A DNA stretch of 64,000 bases from Nitrospirota bacterium (lineage in GTDB: Bacteria > Nitrospirota > UBA9217), in assembly GCA_963741205.1 (NCBI GenBank), contig CAVUHW010000008.1:96001-160000 (forward strand). The letters are read 5' to 3'. Below the pieces are notes generated by a model that was not told the DNA's origin, ran no database searches, and worked only from the letters and a program-made list of their open reading frames with translations. This document shows, in pieces, positions 12,092-21,610 of this stretch; position 1 is the first letter of the stretch; every line of letters begins with the position of its first letter. The translations under genes were made by a program, and so were the position numbers.

Positions 12092-13159
12092 TTATAGGTT
12101 CTTCAACCTCTCCGCGTTGTCATGGGCGGTGAGTGAGTCGATGAATTCGTCGATGTCGCCGTCCATTACCGCATCGATCTTGTACAGTGAAACGCCGACG
12201 CGGTGGTCCGTCACCCTGCTCTGAGGAAAGTTGTATGTTCTGATCTTCTCGCTGCGGTCGCCGGTGCCGACCTGGGATTTGCGGGCCGCGGCCTCCTCGG
12301 CATCCCTCTTCTCGCGCTCTTTTTCGAGCAGGCGCGACTTGAGGATCTTCATGGCCTTTTCGCGGTTCTTAAGCTGCGAGCGCTCATCCTGGCAGGCCAC
12401 GACCTCGCCGGTCGGAATGTGCGTGATACGGACGGCTGAATAGGTCGTGTTCACGCTCTGGCCGCCGGGGCCCGACGAGCAGTAGGTGTCGATCCTGAGG
12501 TCCTTCTGCTCGATCTGGATGTCCACGTCCTCAGCTTCGGGAATGACCGCCACCGTCACCGTCGAGGTGTGGATCCTTCCGGAGGCCTCCGTGGCGGGGA
12601 CGCGCTGCACCCGGTGCACGCCGCTTTCATACTTGAGGCGGCTATAGACGCCCTTGCCCTGTATCTGGGCGATAACTTCTTTCGCTCCGCCGACGCCCGT
12701 GGTGCTCATGTCGAGGAGCGTGACCTTCCAGCGTTTCTTCTCGGCGTATCGTGAATACATGCGGAAGAGCTCGGCCGCAAACAGACCTGCCTCGTCACCG
12801 CCCGCGCCGGCCCGGATTTCGAGGAAGATGTTCTTGTCGTCCCGCGGGTCTTTGGGCACCAGCATGAGCCGGAGCGCCTGGTCCATCTGCTCGACCTTGG
12901 GGCGGAGCTCTCTGAGCTCGGCCTCTGCCATCACCCGCAGTTCGGGATCGGCCAGCTTGTCCTGGGTCATCTCCTCCGCTTCCTGGATCTGCTTCTGGAG
13001 ACCCCGATAGGCGCGATAGTGGTTTACCACGTCCGCGATCTCCGACCGCTCCTTCGAGTATTTCTGGTACCGCTGGTGGTCGGCGGCGACCGAGGGGTCG
13101 GACAGGAGCCTGGTCAGCTCATCGTATTTTTCTGCGACAGCGTCTAATTTGCTCAGCAT
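12092..13159 (-). CDS. prfA: Peptide chain release factor 1
   Basis: GGQ motif, PAT tripeptide anticodon (VPATE), RTYNFPQ. Confidence 0.97.
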   Translation of the reverse strand: MLSKLDAVAEKYDELTRLLSDPSVAADHQRYQKYSKERSEIADVVNHYRAYRGLQKQIQEAEEMTQDKLADPELRVMAEAELRELRPKVEQMDQALRLMLVPKDPRDDKNIFLEIRAGAGGDEAGLFAAELFRMYSRYAEKKRWKVTLLDMSTTGVGGAKEVIAQIQGKGVYSRLKYESGVHRVQRVPATEASGRIHTSTVTVAVIPEAEDVDIQIEQKDLRIDTYCSSGPGGQSVNTTYSAVRITHIPTGEVVACQDERSQLKNREKAMKILKSRLLEKEREKRDAEEAAARKSQVGTGDRSEKIRTYNFPQSRVTDHRVGVSLYKIDAVMDGDIDEFIDSLTAHDNAERLKNL

Positions 13160-13172
13160 AGGTTAAGGTAAT

Positions 13173-13288
13173 TAACCACAGGTGACGTCCCCCGCTCCGT
13201 TTCTATCACGATAGATGCGGGACGGAGCCGCACACGGTAAGGCATGAAGCGACAGACCGGAGTCTTTAACCGTGTTCATCCGTGGTTA
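13173..13288. repeat. AACCAC..-type inverted repeat with a second hairpin inserted in its left arm
   Basis: TAACCACAGGTG[..GCTCCGT..TCTATC AC GATAGA..ACGGAGC..]CACACGGT ... ACCGTGTTCATCCGTGGTTA. Confidence 0.7.
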
Positions 13289-13320
13289 CTCGGATTTGTC
13301 TTCCAACAAAAAACCCCGCT

Positions 13321-14226
13321 TCAGCGGGGTTCCATCGCGAGGGCTTCATTGAGGGACCTGATGGCCACCTCAATTTGATCATCTGACGGTTCCCGTGTCG
13401 TGAGACGCTGGAGCCAGAGCCCCGGCTTCATCAATACCTTGATGACCGGGTTCCCGCACTTCTTCGCGCTGTATTTGATGAATTCGTAGCCCAGTCCCGC
13501 AATCAGCGGGAGCAGCACGATCCTCGACAGCCCCTTGGCCCAGAGCGGCCAGGCGCCAGGTATGAGCGAGAACAGGAGTATCGAAAGGGCGATGACCGCG
13601 AGCAGGAAGCTTGTGCCGCACCGGGGATGAATGCGGGAGTAGGGCCGGGCGTTCTCGACGGTGAGCGGGACGCCGGCCTCGTATGCGGCGATGGACTTGT
13701 GTTCGGCCCCGTGATACTCGAATACCCTCCTGATGTCCTTCATGAACGATATGCCGGACACGTAACCGAGAAACAACGCCATGCGCAGCGCGCCGTCCGT
13801 GAGATTGAACAGGACGCTGTTCTTGCCGACGGCGCCGTAATGCGCGCCGAGCAGGTTGGTGATGAGCAGAGGCAGCGCCAGAAAGATGCCGAGGGAAAAC
13901 GCGATTGCCACGACCATGGTCCCGGCCATGGCGAGCGGGCTGATCTCCTCTTTCTTTCCGTCCTCGCTTTCGAGCGCTTCGTTCGCCGAGAAATTGAGCG
14001 CCCGGATGCCGAGCCACAACGCCTCGAAGAGGGCGAACGATCCCCGGATGATCTTTTTCTTGAGGATCGGATAGCGTTCCCCGATGGGGACAATCGTCTC
14101 CCGCAAGACCGCGATGTCAGCCCCGGCTTTGCCCCCTTTGCGCACCGCTACGGTAAAGGCGTGCGGCGAGCGCATCATGACGCCCTCAAGCACCGCCTGC
14201 CCGCCTATGTTTATTGATTCAGGCAA
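13321..14226 (-). CDS. DUF1385 membrane protein
   Basis: IGGQAVLEGVMMR, YHGAEHK, HPRCGTSF, TTREP; usual rpmE-prfA neighbourhood; TTG start inferred from SD. Confidence 0.9.
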   Translation of the reverse strand: MPESINIGGQAVLEGVMMRSPHAFTVAVRKGGKAGADIAVLRETIVPIGERYPILKKKIIRGSFALFEALWLGIRALNFSANEALESEDGKKEEISPLAMAGTMVVAIAFSLGIFLALPLLITNLLGAHYGAVGKNSVLFNLTDGALRMALFLGYVSGISFMKDIRRVFEYHGAEHKSIAAYEAGVPLTVENARPYSRIHPRCGTSFLLAVIALSILLFSLIPGAWPLWAKGLSRIVLLPLIAGLGYEFIKYSAKKCGNPVIKVLMKPGLWLQRLTTREPSDDQIEVAIRSLNEALAMEPR

Positions 14227-14237
14227 GTCAGAACCTC

Positions 14238-14307
14238 GTGGGAGTGGCAAGTAGCAAGTAGCAAGGTTTTGACTTCCTGGCTACTTGACCCTTGCTCCAT
14301 GACCCAT
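14238..14307. repeat. Heptamer-periodic inverted repeat (TAGCAAG type)
   Basis: TGGCAAG TAGCAAG TAGCAAG ... CTGGCTA CTTGACC CTTGCTC CATGACC. Confidence 0.7.
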
Positions 14308-14312
14308 CGCAT

Positions 14313-14513
14313 TTACGCCTTTTTGTATTTTTTCCGGAACTTATCTACGCGGCCTTCCGTGTCGATGAGCTTCTGTTTGCCGGTGTAGAAGGGGTGGCAG
14401 TTCGAGCAGATGTCGAGCTTCACGTTCTCCTTGGTGGACCGGGTCTGAAACGCTTCGCCGCAGGCGCAGTGAATCGTCGTTACCTTGTAGGCTGGATGAA
14501 TACCCTCTTTCAT
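14313..14513 (-). CDS. rpmE: 50S ribosomal protein L31 (Zn-binding type A)
   Basis: [21 protein letters not shown]. Confidence 0.97.
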   Translation of the reverse strand: MKEGIHPAYKVTTIHCACGEAFQTRSTKENVKLDICSNCHPFYTGKQKLIDTEGRVDKFRKKYKKA

Positions 14514-14622
14514 AGTCCTGATCTCCTCTTCTATAGAAAAGCCAAGCCACAGCAGTTGGCTGTGGCTCTCATGGTCAAGGCCGAAATAATATACCAAATC
14601 GGGCAAAAAGACAAGCGAAAAG

Positions 14623-15870
14623 TTATTTGTTCATCGAGTCCAGGAAGTCCCGGTTGGTCTTCGCCTGTTTGAGTTTTTCCAGCAGGAACTCCATGCTCTC
14701 GACGGTGGACAGCGGGTTCAGGACCTTGCGGAGCACCCACATGCGGTTCAGGTCGTCTTTGTCCACGAGCAGCTCTTCCTTGCGGGTGCCGGACGCGTTG
14801 ATGTCGATGGCCGGGAAAACCCTCTTGTCGACGAGCTTCCGGTCCAGGTGGAGTTCCATGTTGCCCGTTCCCTTGAATTCCTCGAAGATCACGTCGTCCA
14901 TGCGGCTGCCGGTGTCCACGAGCGCGGTCGCAAGGATCGTCAGGCTGCCGCCGTCCTCGATGCTGCGGGCGGCGCCGAAGAACCGCTTCGGCCTCTGGAG
15001 CGCGTTCGCGTCCAGGCCGCCGGAGAGCACCTTGCCGGAGGCCGGGATGATGGCGTTGTGCGCCCGGGCCAGGCGGGTAATGCTGTCCAGCAGGATCACG
15101 ACGTCCTTTTTGTGCTCGACCAGGCGCTTCGCGCGCTCGCTCACCATGTCCGCGACCTGCACGTGTCTCTGCGGCGGCTCGTCGAAGGTGGAGCTGATGA
15201 TCTCAGTCTTGACCTGGCGCTGCCAGTCCGTGACTTCCTCGGGCCGCTCGTCGATCAGGAGCACGATGAGCTTGATGTCCGGATGGTTTTTCAGGATGGC
15301 CTTGGCCACGGCTTGAAGCAGCATGGTCTTGCCGGTCCGGGGCGGAGCGACGATCATGCCGCGCTGGCCCATGCCGATGGGGGTGACCAGTTCGATGGCG
15401 CGGGTTGTGTAATCCGTGGGAGCATGTTCGAGCTTGATTTTCTTGATCGGGTAGTATGGTGTGAGGTTGTCGAAGAGGATCTTGGACCGTGATATCTCGG
15501 GGTCCTCGTAGTTGATGGCGTCGACCTTAAGCAGCGCAAAGTATCGCTCGCCCTCTTTCGGCGGCCGGATCTGGCCGGAGACGGTGTCGCCCGTCCGGAT
15601 GTTGAACCTCCGTATCTGCGACGGCGACACGTAGATGTCGTCCGGGCCGGGCAGGTAGTTGTAGTCCGGGGCCCGGAGGAAGCCGAAGCCGTCCGGCAGG
15701 ATTTCGAGCACTCCCTCGCCGAAGATCATGCCGTTTTTCTCGGTCTGGGCCTGAAGGATGGCGAAGATCAGCTCTTGCTTGCGCAGGCCGCTGACTCCCT
15801 CGACCTTCAGCTCATCAGCCATCGTGGTAAGTTCGGCTATGTTCTTTCCTTTGAGTTCTACTAAGTTCAT
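14623..15870 (-). CDS. rho: Transcription termination factor Rho
   Basis: [18 protein letters not shown]-loop [25 protein letters not shown]. Confidence 0.98.
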   Translation of the reverse strand: MNLVELKGKNIAELTTMADELKVEGVSGLRKQELIFAILQAQTEKNGMIFGEGVLEILPDGFGFLRAPDYNYLPGPDDIYVSPSQIRRFNIRTGDTVSGQIRPPKEGERYFALLKVDAINYEDPEISRSKILFDNLTPYYPIKKIKLEHAPTDYTTRAIELVTPIGMGQRGMIVAPPRTGKTMLLQAVAKAILKNHPDIKLIVLLIDERPEEVTDWQRQVKTEIISSTFDEPPQRHVQVADMVSERAKRLVEHKKDVVILLDSITRLARAHNAIIPASGKVLSGGLDANALQRPKRFFGAARSIEDGGSLTILATALVDTGSRMDDVIFEEFKGTGNMELHLDRKLVDKRVFPAIDINASGTRKEELLVDKDDLNRMWVLRKVLNPLSTVESMEFLLEKLKQAKTNRDFLDSMNK

Positions 15871-16121
15871 GGGTTTACTCCTTGGCTCCTGGCCCTATCG
15901 GGCATATGAGGTCCATTCCTGTGGTTAAGGCGCGTCTGTGGTTTATTTTTCTCATGCAGCCGAGAGAATAGTGAATCATTAATCGCAGTATTATATATAT
16001 GGAGGTTCCTGCAATATTGCTTTTCATTCCGAATACTTCTGTAAGGGATATGGAGTGTTAGGACCGGGGGAGCCGTGTTCGCATTGTTTCCCGACGTAAT
16101 TTGATCAAAAAGGGTTACGCC

Positions 16122-16233
16122 GACACACCTGCTCTCGCCCAGTTGCACACCCTGCATCCGCGGTGTAGTACACTCTGTATTCGCGTCAGCACTATTAATC
16201 GCGAAGTGCAGGCTCATAAACGCCGGGTGCAGG
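16122..16233. repeat. Modular 23-bp/21-bp palindromic element (3+2 units)
   Basis: Three CCTGCA-like left units, central AGCACT, two GTGCAGG right units; relatives at 2953-2991 and 39163-39250. Confidence 0.75.
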
Positions 16234-16575
16234 CGGTCGGCTCGGTCCATAAAAACCAGCTTCCCGCCCCGAATCACTGCGAGAATGACAAAATAGGCAA
16301 TTTGTTTGTTAGGGCCTCAATGGTAATTGCATTAATAAGGGGAGTGTTGTCTCGGGTCGTCGGTTTGCGTGGTTATCGTGAAAATGGTGTTGTAACGTAA
16401 ACGACGGCTGCCAATTGCGTGCTTGTTCCGGGTGATATTGCCTTCCTGTCTGTATGCTTTGCAGTCTGTTTAATTACCTGATAATGTCTCGTGCAATGAG
16501 TTGGGTTTGGTAATACCAGGGGTTGTCGGTTAGGCCTGCACTTTAGGTGATGCCTTTGGAAACGAAGATGGAATT

Positions 16576-16604
16576 AATCTACCGCAGAAAAAATGATTTG
16601 TCAA
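16576..16604 (-). promoter_or_regulatory. Sigma70-type promoter for rho with ~700-nt leader
   Basis: TTGACA-17 nt-TAGATT on the minus strand. Confidence 0.6.
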
Positions 16605-16751
16605 CAGATTATTTTTTAACAAGTTGCGAACCGTTAAATTCTATGTTAAGGTACCACTCGGAAATATCACCGGTTTAAACGCATGATCGAAGCAAACGCT
16701 TCGCCTGGTCATCCGACTTCTGTCCCCCGCTTTTATGTGAGGGGGTTATGC

Positions 16752-16838
16752 ATGCCCCAATACCGATATAAAGCGAGCGAAGAGCGAACAGAGAACGAGA
16801 CGGAGCTCATGATCTTCATTACACCGACGATGATGTAG
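16752..16838 (+). pseudogene. 28-aa chimeric ORF MPQYRYKASEERTENETELMIFITPTMM: GspF/PilC-like start fused to secretin-like end
   Basis: SD-like GAGGGGG upstream; MPQYRYKA resembles T2SS F/PilC N-termini; TELMIFITP resembles the secretin C-terminal motif. Confidence 0.55.
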
Positions 16839-16940
16839 ACATGGCCATGGGACTTCACAACTGACAGGACTGCCGCGCATCTTGCAGTGTGCGCGGAGAG
16901 GGACGGCGCCTTGCCTTTTGACCCCCTCCGAGAATTGCGG

Positions 16941-16969
16941 TTGACACTGCCTGGCGACCGTAGTATAAA
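16941..16969 (+). promoter_or_regulatory. Sigma70 promoter abutting the Rieske start codon (leaderless)
   Basis: TTGACA-17-TATAAA, ATG 5 nt later, no SD. Confidence 0.65.
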
Positions 16970-16974
16970 AAATC

Positions 16975-17427
16975 ATGGATAAAGGCCGTCGGGAATTCAT
17001 CAAAAAGTCGGTCTACGGAGTTCTTGCGCTCCTCGGGCTCGGTTTCCTGATTCCCGGCATCAAGCTGATCACCCCATCCGGCAAGGCGGAAAAGGAACTG
17101 GTCTTCTTTCCGCTCATTTCCGAGGACGATGTCCCTCGTGCAGGCGTGAAGAAGACTGAACTGCTATTCTCGGTCTCGGGAAAGGAAAGAAAGACACGGG
17201 TCTTCATCGTCCCGGCCCCCGAAGGACCGGTGGTGTTCTCCGCAACCTGTTCCCATCTCGGTTGTCTCGTCAATTACCATAAGGATAAGCGGGAGTTCGT
17301 CTGCCCCTGCCACGGCGGGAAATATGACCTGACCGGAAAAAACATCGCCGGACCACCGCCCGCGCCGCTCACGCGGTTCCCGATCAAAATCCAGGACGGC
17401 ATGATTCTGGCGGGGTTAAAAGTATAG
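16975..17427 (+). CDS. Rieske 2Fe-2S subunit of a cytochrome bc/b6f-type complex
   Basis: Tat-like GRREFIK plus TM helix; CSHLGC and CPCHGG boxes; GPPPAPL. Confidence 0.93.
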   Translation: MDKGRREFIKKSVYGVLALLGLGFLIPGIKLITPSGKAEKELVFFPLISEDDVPRAGVKKTELLFSVSGKERKTRVFIVPAPEGPVVFSATCSHLGCLVNYHKDKREFVCPCHGGKYDLTGKNIAGPPPAPLTRFPIKIQDGMILAGLKV

Positions 17428-17471
17428 TACCGAGCTCAGAGTCCGTAGTTCGGAGTGCAAAGTAATCTGTT

Positions 17472-18116
17472 ATGAGAATTTTCGATTATCTCGATACGCG
17501 GCTGGGTTTCACAATCAGGCACGGCAGGGTACTGAACAAACCGGTGCCCGGATGGATCAATTACTTCTATTGTTTCGGCGGGATCACGTTCACGCTCTTC
17601 CTGGTGCAACTCCTGACCGGCTTGCTCCTCTCCGTGCACTATACGCCGTCGGAAGCCGAAGCCTACCTGAGCATCCAGCGACTTCATCAGGCCGTGCCCT
17701 TGGGCCGGCTGCTCCGCTCGGTGCACCACTGGGCCGCAAATCTCATGGTTGTCATGGTCGTGCTCCACATGCTGAGGGTCTTTATCAGCGGATCGTACAG
17801 GAACCCGCGGGAGCTGAACTGGATCGCCGGCGCCATGTTGTTCGTGATGACGCTCGCCTTCGGCTTCACCGGATACCTCCTGCCCTGGGACCAAAAGGCG
17901 TACTGGGCCACGGTCGTAGGGACGAATATGCTTGGTTCGGTGCCCTTTGCCGGTCAGTTCCTGTCCGCTTTCATGCGGGGCGGAACCGAGGTTACCGGCC
18001 AGACGCTCCTGCGGTTTTACAGCATGCATGTCCTGTGGTTCCCGCTCTTCTCCGCGCTCTTCCTGTGGGTCCATTTCCATGTGCTGAGAAGGGTCGGGAT
18101 ATCGGGAGGGATGTGA
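17472..18116 (+). CDS. Cytochrome b N-terminal subunit (cyt b6-like)
   Basis: YCFGG (heme ci Cys), RSVHHWAAN..LHMLRV, TGYLLPWDQ, heme-ligand His in helix D. Confidence 0.94.
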   Translation: MRIFDYLDTRLGFTIRHGRVLNKPVPGWINYFYCFGGITFTLFLVQLLTGLLLSVHYTPSEAEAYLSIQRLHQAVPLGRLLRSVHHWAANLMVVMVVLHMLRVFISGSYRNPRELNWIAGAMLFVMTLAFGFTGYLLPWDQKAYWATVVGTNMLGSVPFAGQFLSAFMRGGTEVTGQTLLRFYSMHVLWFPLFSALFLWVHFHVLRRVGISGGM

Positions 18117-18123
18117 GGAGCGG

Positions 18124-18152
18124 ATCAGGAGTCAGGAGTCAGGAGTCAGGAG
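18124..18152 (+). repeat. Heptamer tandem repeat (GGAGTCA)n, single arm
   Basis: GATCAGGAGTCAGGAGTCAGGAGTCAGGAG; same unit as 8369-8396. Confidence 0.75.
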
Positions 18153-18189
18153 AACATGACCTTTCGGCCGGCGGAGATCAACGAACTGA

Positions 18190-18573
18190 ATGAATAGCAA
18201 GAGCGAACAAAAATTTTTCCCCTATTACTTCTTCGAGATCACGCTTATCTCGTTGTTTACAATAGAGGCCGTCCTTATCCTTGCTGTCCTGTTTCCGCCG
18301 GCTGTAGGCAGGGAGATCGACTTCTCCGCGCAGTTCAGCCCAAGGCCTGAATGGTATTTCCTGGCACTCTACCAGTTAACAAAATATTTTCCCGGCAGGT
18401 TTACGTTTGTGGGCGCCGTGCTGCTTCCCGGACTGGCCTTCAGCGTTTTGCTCCTTGCGCCCTTCCTTGACAGCGGCAGGGCTACATCGCTCCGTGAGCG
18501 GAAGGCTGCTGCGGCAGTGGGATTCGGACTCCTGGCGGCGGTGATGGCCTTGACGGCCGCGGCCTTGGTATAA
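18190..18573 (+). CDS. Cytochrome b C-terminal subunit (subunit IV/PetD-like)
   Basis: PEWYF Qo-site motif, three TM helices, PFLD. Confidence 0.9.
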   Translation: MNSKSEQKFFPYYFFEITLISLFTIEAVLILAVLFPPAVGREIDFSAQFSPRPEWYFLALYQLTKYFPGRFTFVGAVLLPGLAFSVLLLAPFLDSGRATSLRERKAAAAVGFGLLAAVMALTAAALV

Positions 18574-18630
18574 GCAAATAAATTTCGGCTATAACAATAG
18601 CAAATAGAAGGTTTCATCGCAAAACGAGTG

Positions 18631-18659
18631 TTGACAGGAAACGGTGTTTTTGCTAATGT
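18631..18659 (+). promoter_or_regulatory. Sigma70 promoter for tusA-yeeE
   Basis: TTGACA-17-TAATGT with extended TG. Confidence 0.6.
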
Positions 18660-18859
18660 ACTAACTTGCAACACTCACCTCAGGGTCATCGCGCCGTTGC
18701 TTTATCTCATTGCGAGCCGATTCACGAAGGGGGGTGATGGAGAGAGGAGCGGGAACGCTTCACGGAGTGCCGGGAACTTTTTGAACAACACGAAATTTTT
18801 CAACGGACCGTTCTGACGAGCGGCCCGAATTCACGGAACGATACTTAAGGAGGAATACC

Positions 18860-19108
18860 ATGTCAGTCAAGACTGCAACACCGGATCAGACGCTGGACAC
18901 CCTGGGAAGAGTGTGTCCCTATCCCTTGCTCCTTACCAAGAAGGCGCTTGAGAAACTGGCGAGCGGACAAACGCTCAAGGTCCTGTGCGACGCTCCGGCG
19001 TCGGCCGAGGACAGCATCCCCCGCTATGCCGAGAAGAATAACTTCGCCTTCGAGGCCGTCAAGATCGAAGACAAAGGCATGTGGGAGCTCTATATCAAGA
19101 AGTCATAG
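18860..19108 (+). CDS. tusA: TusA/SirA-family sulfurtransferase
   Basis: LDTLGRVCPYP motif; strong SD AAGGAGG. Confidence 0.9.
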   Translation: MSVKTATPDQTLDTLGRVCPYPLLLTKKALEKLASGQTLKVLCDAPASAEDSIPRYAEKNNFAFEAVKIEDKGMWELYIKKS

Positions 19109-19179
19109 ATCCATGCATTGAAGTGAAAAAATGATGTTGAGGAAACCGGCGGGGAATACATTCTAGGAGGGGGGAAAGA

Positions 19180-20265
19180 ATGGTTTCTACAATAGCATAC
19201 ATCGCGACCGGTCTGCTCATCGGCGCGGCGTTTGGTTTTGTGCTCCAGCGCGGACGGTTTTGCATCAACTCTGCGTTCCGTGAGGTGCTTTTCCAGGACT
19301 ACACCATGCTGCGCGCCTACATGCTCGCCGTCGTGGTGACCATGATCGGTGCGAACCTTATCGAGCAGCTCGGGTGGCTTCAGCCGGCCGCTGACGGAAC
19401 GGCCGGACAACTGTACCGTCAGGCATTTGTGCCCTGGGCAAACATCGTCGGCGGCTACATCTTCGGCATGGGTATCGTACTTGCGGGCGGCTGCGGAAGC
19501 GGCATCCTGTACCGCGTGGGTGAAGGCAACCTCGCGTATGTGTTCGCCGTCTTCGGTTTTTTCTTCGGCATCGTGATCACCAAATTCGGCTTCCTGAAGC
19601 CGGTCTATGAGGCGCTCATCTCGACGCCGGTTTTCATCGGAGCGGACAAAGACGTGGTCCCCACGCTGGACAATATTATCGGCGTGAACAAGTGGATTGT
19701 GATCGTGGTTGTCTCGGCGATCATGCTGTATTTCGTGTTCCAGGGCAAGCCGACCTTGAAGGCCAAGAAGGGATATTCATGGACGATGGTCGGCCTTCTG
19801 GCAGGCATCGTCGCGGTGGCCGCTTTTTGGGCGTCCGACTACTACGGCGGCCGCGCCCGCGGTCTCTCCTTCACGGGCCCGGTTCGCGAGTTTTTCCTGG
19901 CCGTGTTATTCGGGAATTCGCAAGCTGCGGCTTCCGACAAGACGCAGACGCTCCTCGGCATTACCTATTCCTGGAGCTCGCTCTATGTGCTGGCAGTGCC
20001 GATCGGCGCATTTATCAGCGGAAAGCTTCTGAACGAAGTCAAGCTGAAGGTACCGCCGGCTGATGAACTCATCAAGGTTCTCTTGGGAGGCTTCGTTATG
20101 GGCATCGGCGCGCAGATCGGCGGCGGTTGCAATATCGGCCACAGCCTGACCGGCGTATCTACGCTCGCCGTTTCGAGCTGGGTGGCGAATCTCTTTATCA
20201 TCCTCGGTAACTGGACCATGGTTTATTTCATGCTGATCAGGCCGATGCGGGACATGGATGTATAG
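19180..20265 (+). CDS. YeeE/YedE family sulfur-compound (thiosulfate-type) transporter
   Basis: QRGRFC, GGCGSG and GGCNIG conserved Cys motifs; multiple TM helices. Confidence 0.92.
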   Translation: MVSTIAYIATGLLIGAAFGFVLQRGRFCINSAFREVLFQDYTMLRAYMLAVVVTMIGANLIEQLGWLQPAADGTAGQLYRQAFVPWANIVGGYIFGMGIVLAGGCGSGILYRVGEGNLAYVFAVFGFFFGIVITKFGFLKPVYEALISTPVFIGADKDVVPTLDNIIGVNKWIVIVVVSAIMLYFVFQGKPTLKAKKGYSWTMVGLLAGIVAVAAFWASDYYGGRARGLSFTGPVREFFLAVLFGNSQAAASDKTQTLLGITYSWSSLYVLAVPIGAFISGKLLNEVKLKVPPADELIKVLLGGFVMGIGAQIGGGCNIGHSLTGVSTLAVSSWVANLFIILGNWTMVYFMLIRPMRDMDV

Positions 20266-20276
20266 ATGTAGTAAGC

Positions 20277-20316
20277 ACCGGGCCGGGTGGGATTTTTCCG
20301 CCCGGCTTTTTCTTTT
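20277..20316 (+). terminator. Rho-independent terminator
   Basis: GCCGGGTGGG...CCGCCCGGC followed by T-run. Confidence 0.7.
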
Positions 20317-20523
20317 GCCCGGCGTGTAGTAGAACACTTGTTAGAAATCCGACAACGATGGTACAATTGCTTCCAATCCGGGCAGGACAAACGGGAATCA
20401 AAATGTGGGCAAAGATTCGAAGCCTCAAAGGAAGACAAAAGAGAGAGTAGCTGGCTGTTCTCTTGGTCATTGTGGCAACAATTATCCGTATTCGATATCA
20501 TGTTCCGAAAGGAGGTGAGCTTT

Positions 20524-20829
20524 ATGGCGACGGAGATTCTGGGTATCATGGTCACGAAGTTCGAACACGTAGAACACATAGCGGGCGCGGCCAAGGCGGC
20601 GCGGGCGGCGGGCAAATCGGTAATAATCTTCCTGACCGACGAAGCAGTGCGCTTTACCACGGACCCGAAGTTTCTTGAGTTGTTGAAGGTCGACGGTGTG
20701 GAGCTGTCCTGCTGCGACCACAGCTGCGAGCGGGTCGGAGTTCACGGCAAGACCGACGGCATATCCTACGGCAACCAGTATAATAACGCAACGATGCTGC
20801 ACGACAGCGCGCGCGTTTTGGTGTTTTAA
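20524..20829 (+). CDS. DsrE-family protein
   Basis: IFLTDEAV, CCDHSC, G.Q..NA.M....RVLVF; SD AAGGAGGT. Confidence 0.78.
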   Translation: MATEILGIMVTKFEHVEHIAGAAKAARAAGKSVIIFLTDEAVRFTTDPKFLELLKVDGVELSCCDHSCERVGVHGKTDGISYGNQYNNATMLHDSARVLVF

Positions 20830-20856
20830 TAATCCGAGCATGAGGAGATACACGAA

Positions 20857-21135
20857 ATGGGAGACACGAAAAAAATAGCGGTGGTAGTGCGGGACCGTCA
20901 GGGCGAGGCACTCCGCGTCGCGAGTGGTCTTACGCTTGCGGATGATACGATCGAGGTCTTCATTCTGGACTGGCAACTGGATAAGAACAACCCGGAGGTT
21001 GCGCAGCCGCTCGAGCTGATCACCGAGCTGGACCTTAAGGTCTATTCGAACAATCCGGAAAACGGCTACACCACGATCTCGCTCGCCGAGATGGCGAAAA
21101 AGCTCCTGGAATATGACGTCGTGGTGCCGTACTAA
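20857..21135 (+). CDS. DsrF-like small protein
   Basis: KKIAVVV..EALRVASGL, ..YDVVVPY C-terminus, DsrEFH-like fold pattern. Confidence 0.65.
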   Translation: MGDTKKIAVVVRDRQGEALRVASGLTLADDTIEVFILDWQLDKNNPEVAQPLELITELDLKVYSNNPENGYTTISLAEMAKKLLEYDVVVPY

Positions 21136-21154
21136 AGCGAAGAAGGAGAACACT

Positions 21155-21325
21155 ATGAAAATTCTGCACATCGTGAAGAAGGCGCCGGATGAAAGCACCA
21201 GGAAAATTATGGAGCTTCAGGCCTCCGGCAATGAAGTGAAGATCGTCGAACTGTACAAGGGCGGTGTTTCGTACGACAAGCTCATTGCGGATGTGTTCGC
21301 GTACGACAGGATATTCTGCTGGTAG
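21155..21325 (+). CDS. Short DsrH-like protein
   Basis: MKILHIV start, YDKLIADVF.YDRIFCW end as in DsrH/TusB; SD AAGGAG. Confidence 0.62.
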   Translation: MKILHIVKKAPDESTRKIMELQASGNEVKIVELYKGGVSYDKLIADVFAYDRIFCW

Positions 21326-21530
21326 CTTGTGCGGCCGCGCGATCCTGCGTTGTCGGGGTTGCCGAAAAAACGAAAAACAAAAGGGGACTGCCGTGCAGGG
21401 CACGCGCGGTCCTTTTCATTTACCGTTATCCCAGCCCTTCTGCTTTATCTCCTGTCCCTGTTGTATCATATGCCACAGCGCGACATCTTCGTCTCCTGCC
21501 ATCCCGTTGATTTTTCTCGCCTTGCCCTTC

Positions 21531-21545
21531 TGGCAGCCGGATTGC
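21531..21545 (+). promoter_or_regulatory. Putative sigma54 (-24/-12) promoter
   Basis: TGGCAGCCGGATTGC, GG-N10-GC spacing, 65 nt upstream of ATG 21611. Confidence 0.55.
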
Positions 21546-21610
21546 AAAACAAGCGGCGTGTTCGGCAAGCGCTGATTCATCCTGGACGCACCAAACCGCG
21601 GAGGTTGACC

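Noticed and set aside
16122-16233. Possible CRISPR mini-array in the 21/23-bp repeats (also 39163-39250)
   Set aside because: Units are tandem and inverted with no unique 30-40-bp spacers, and there are no cas genes.
15867-16400. ORFs 15867-16277 (-) and 16101-16400 (+)
   Set aside because: No motifs or SD, atypical composition, and they run through a repeat element; better explained as the rho leader.
18860-21325. Selenocysteine recoding in the TusA/YeeE/DsrE-like genes
   Set aside because: Conserved positions are Cys codons and no in-frame TGA interrupts these ORFs.
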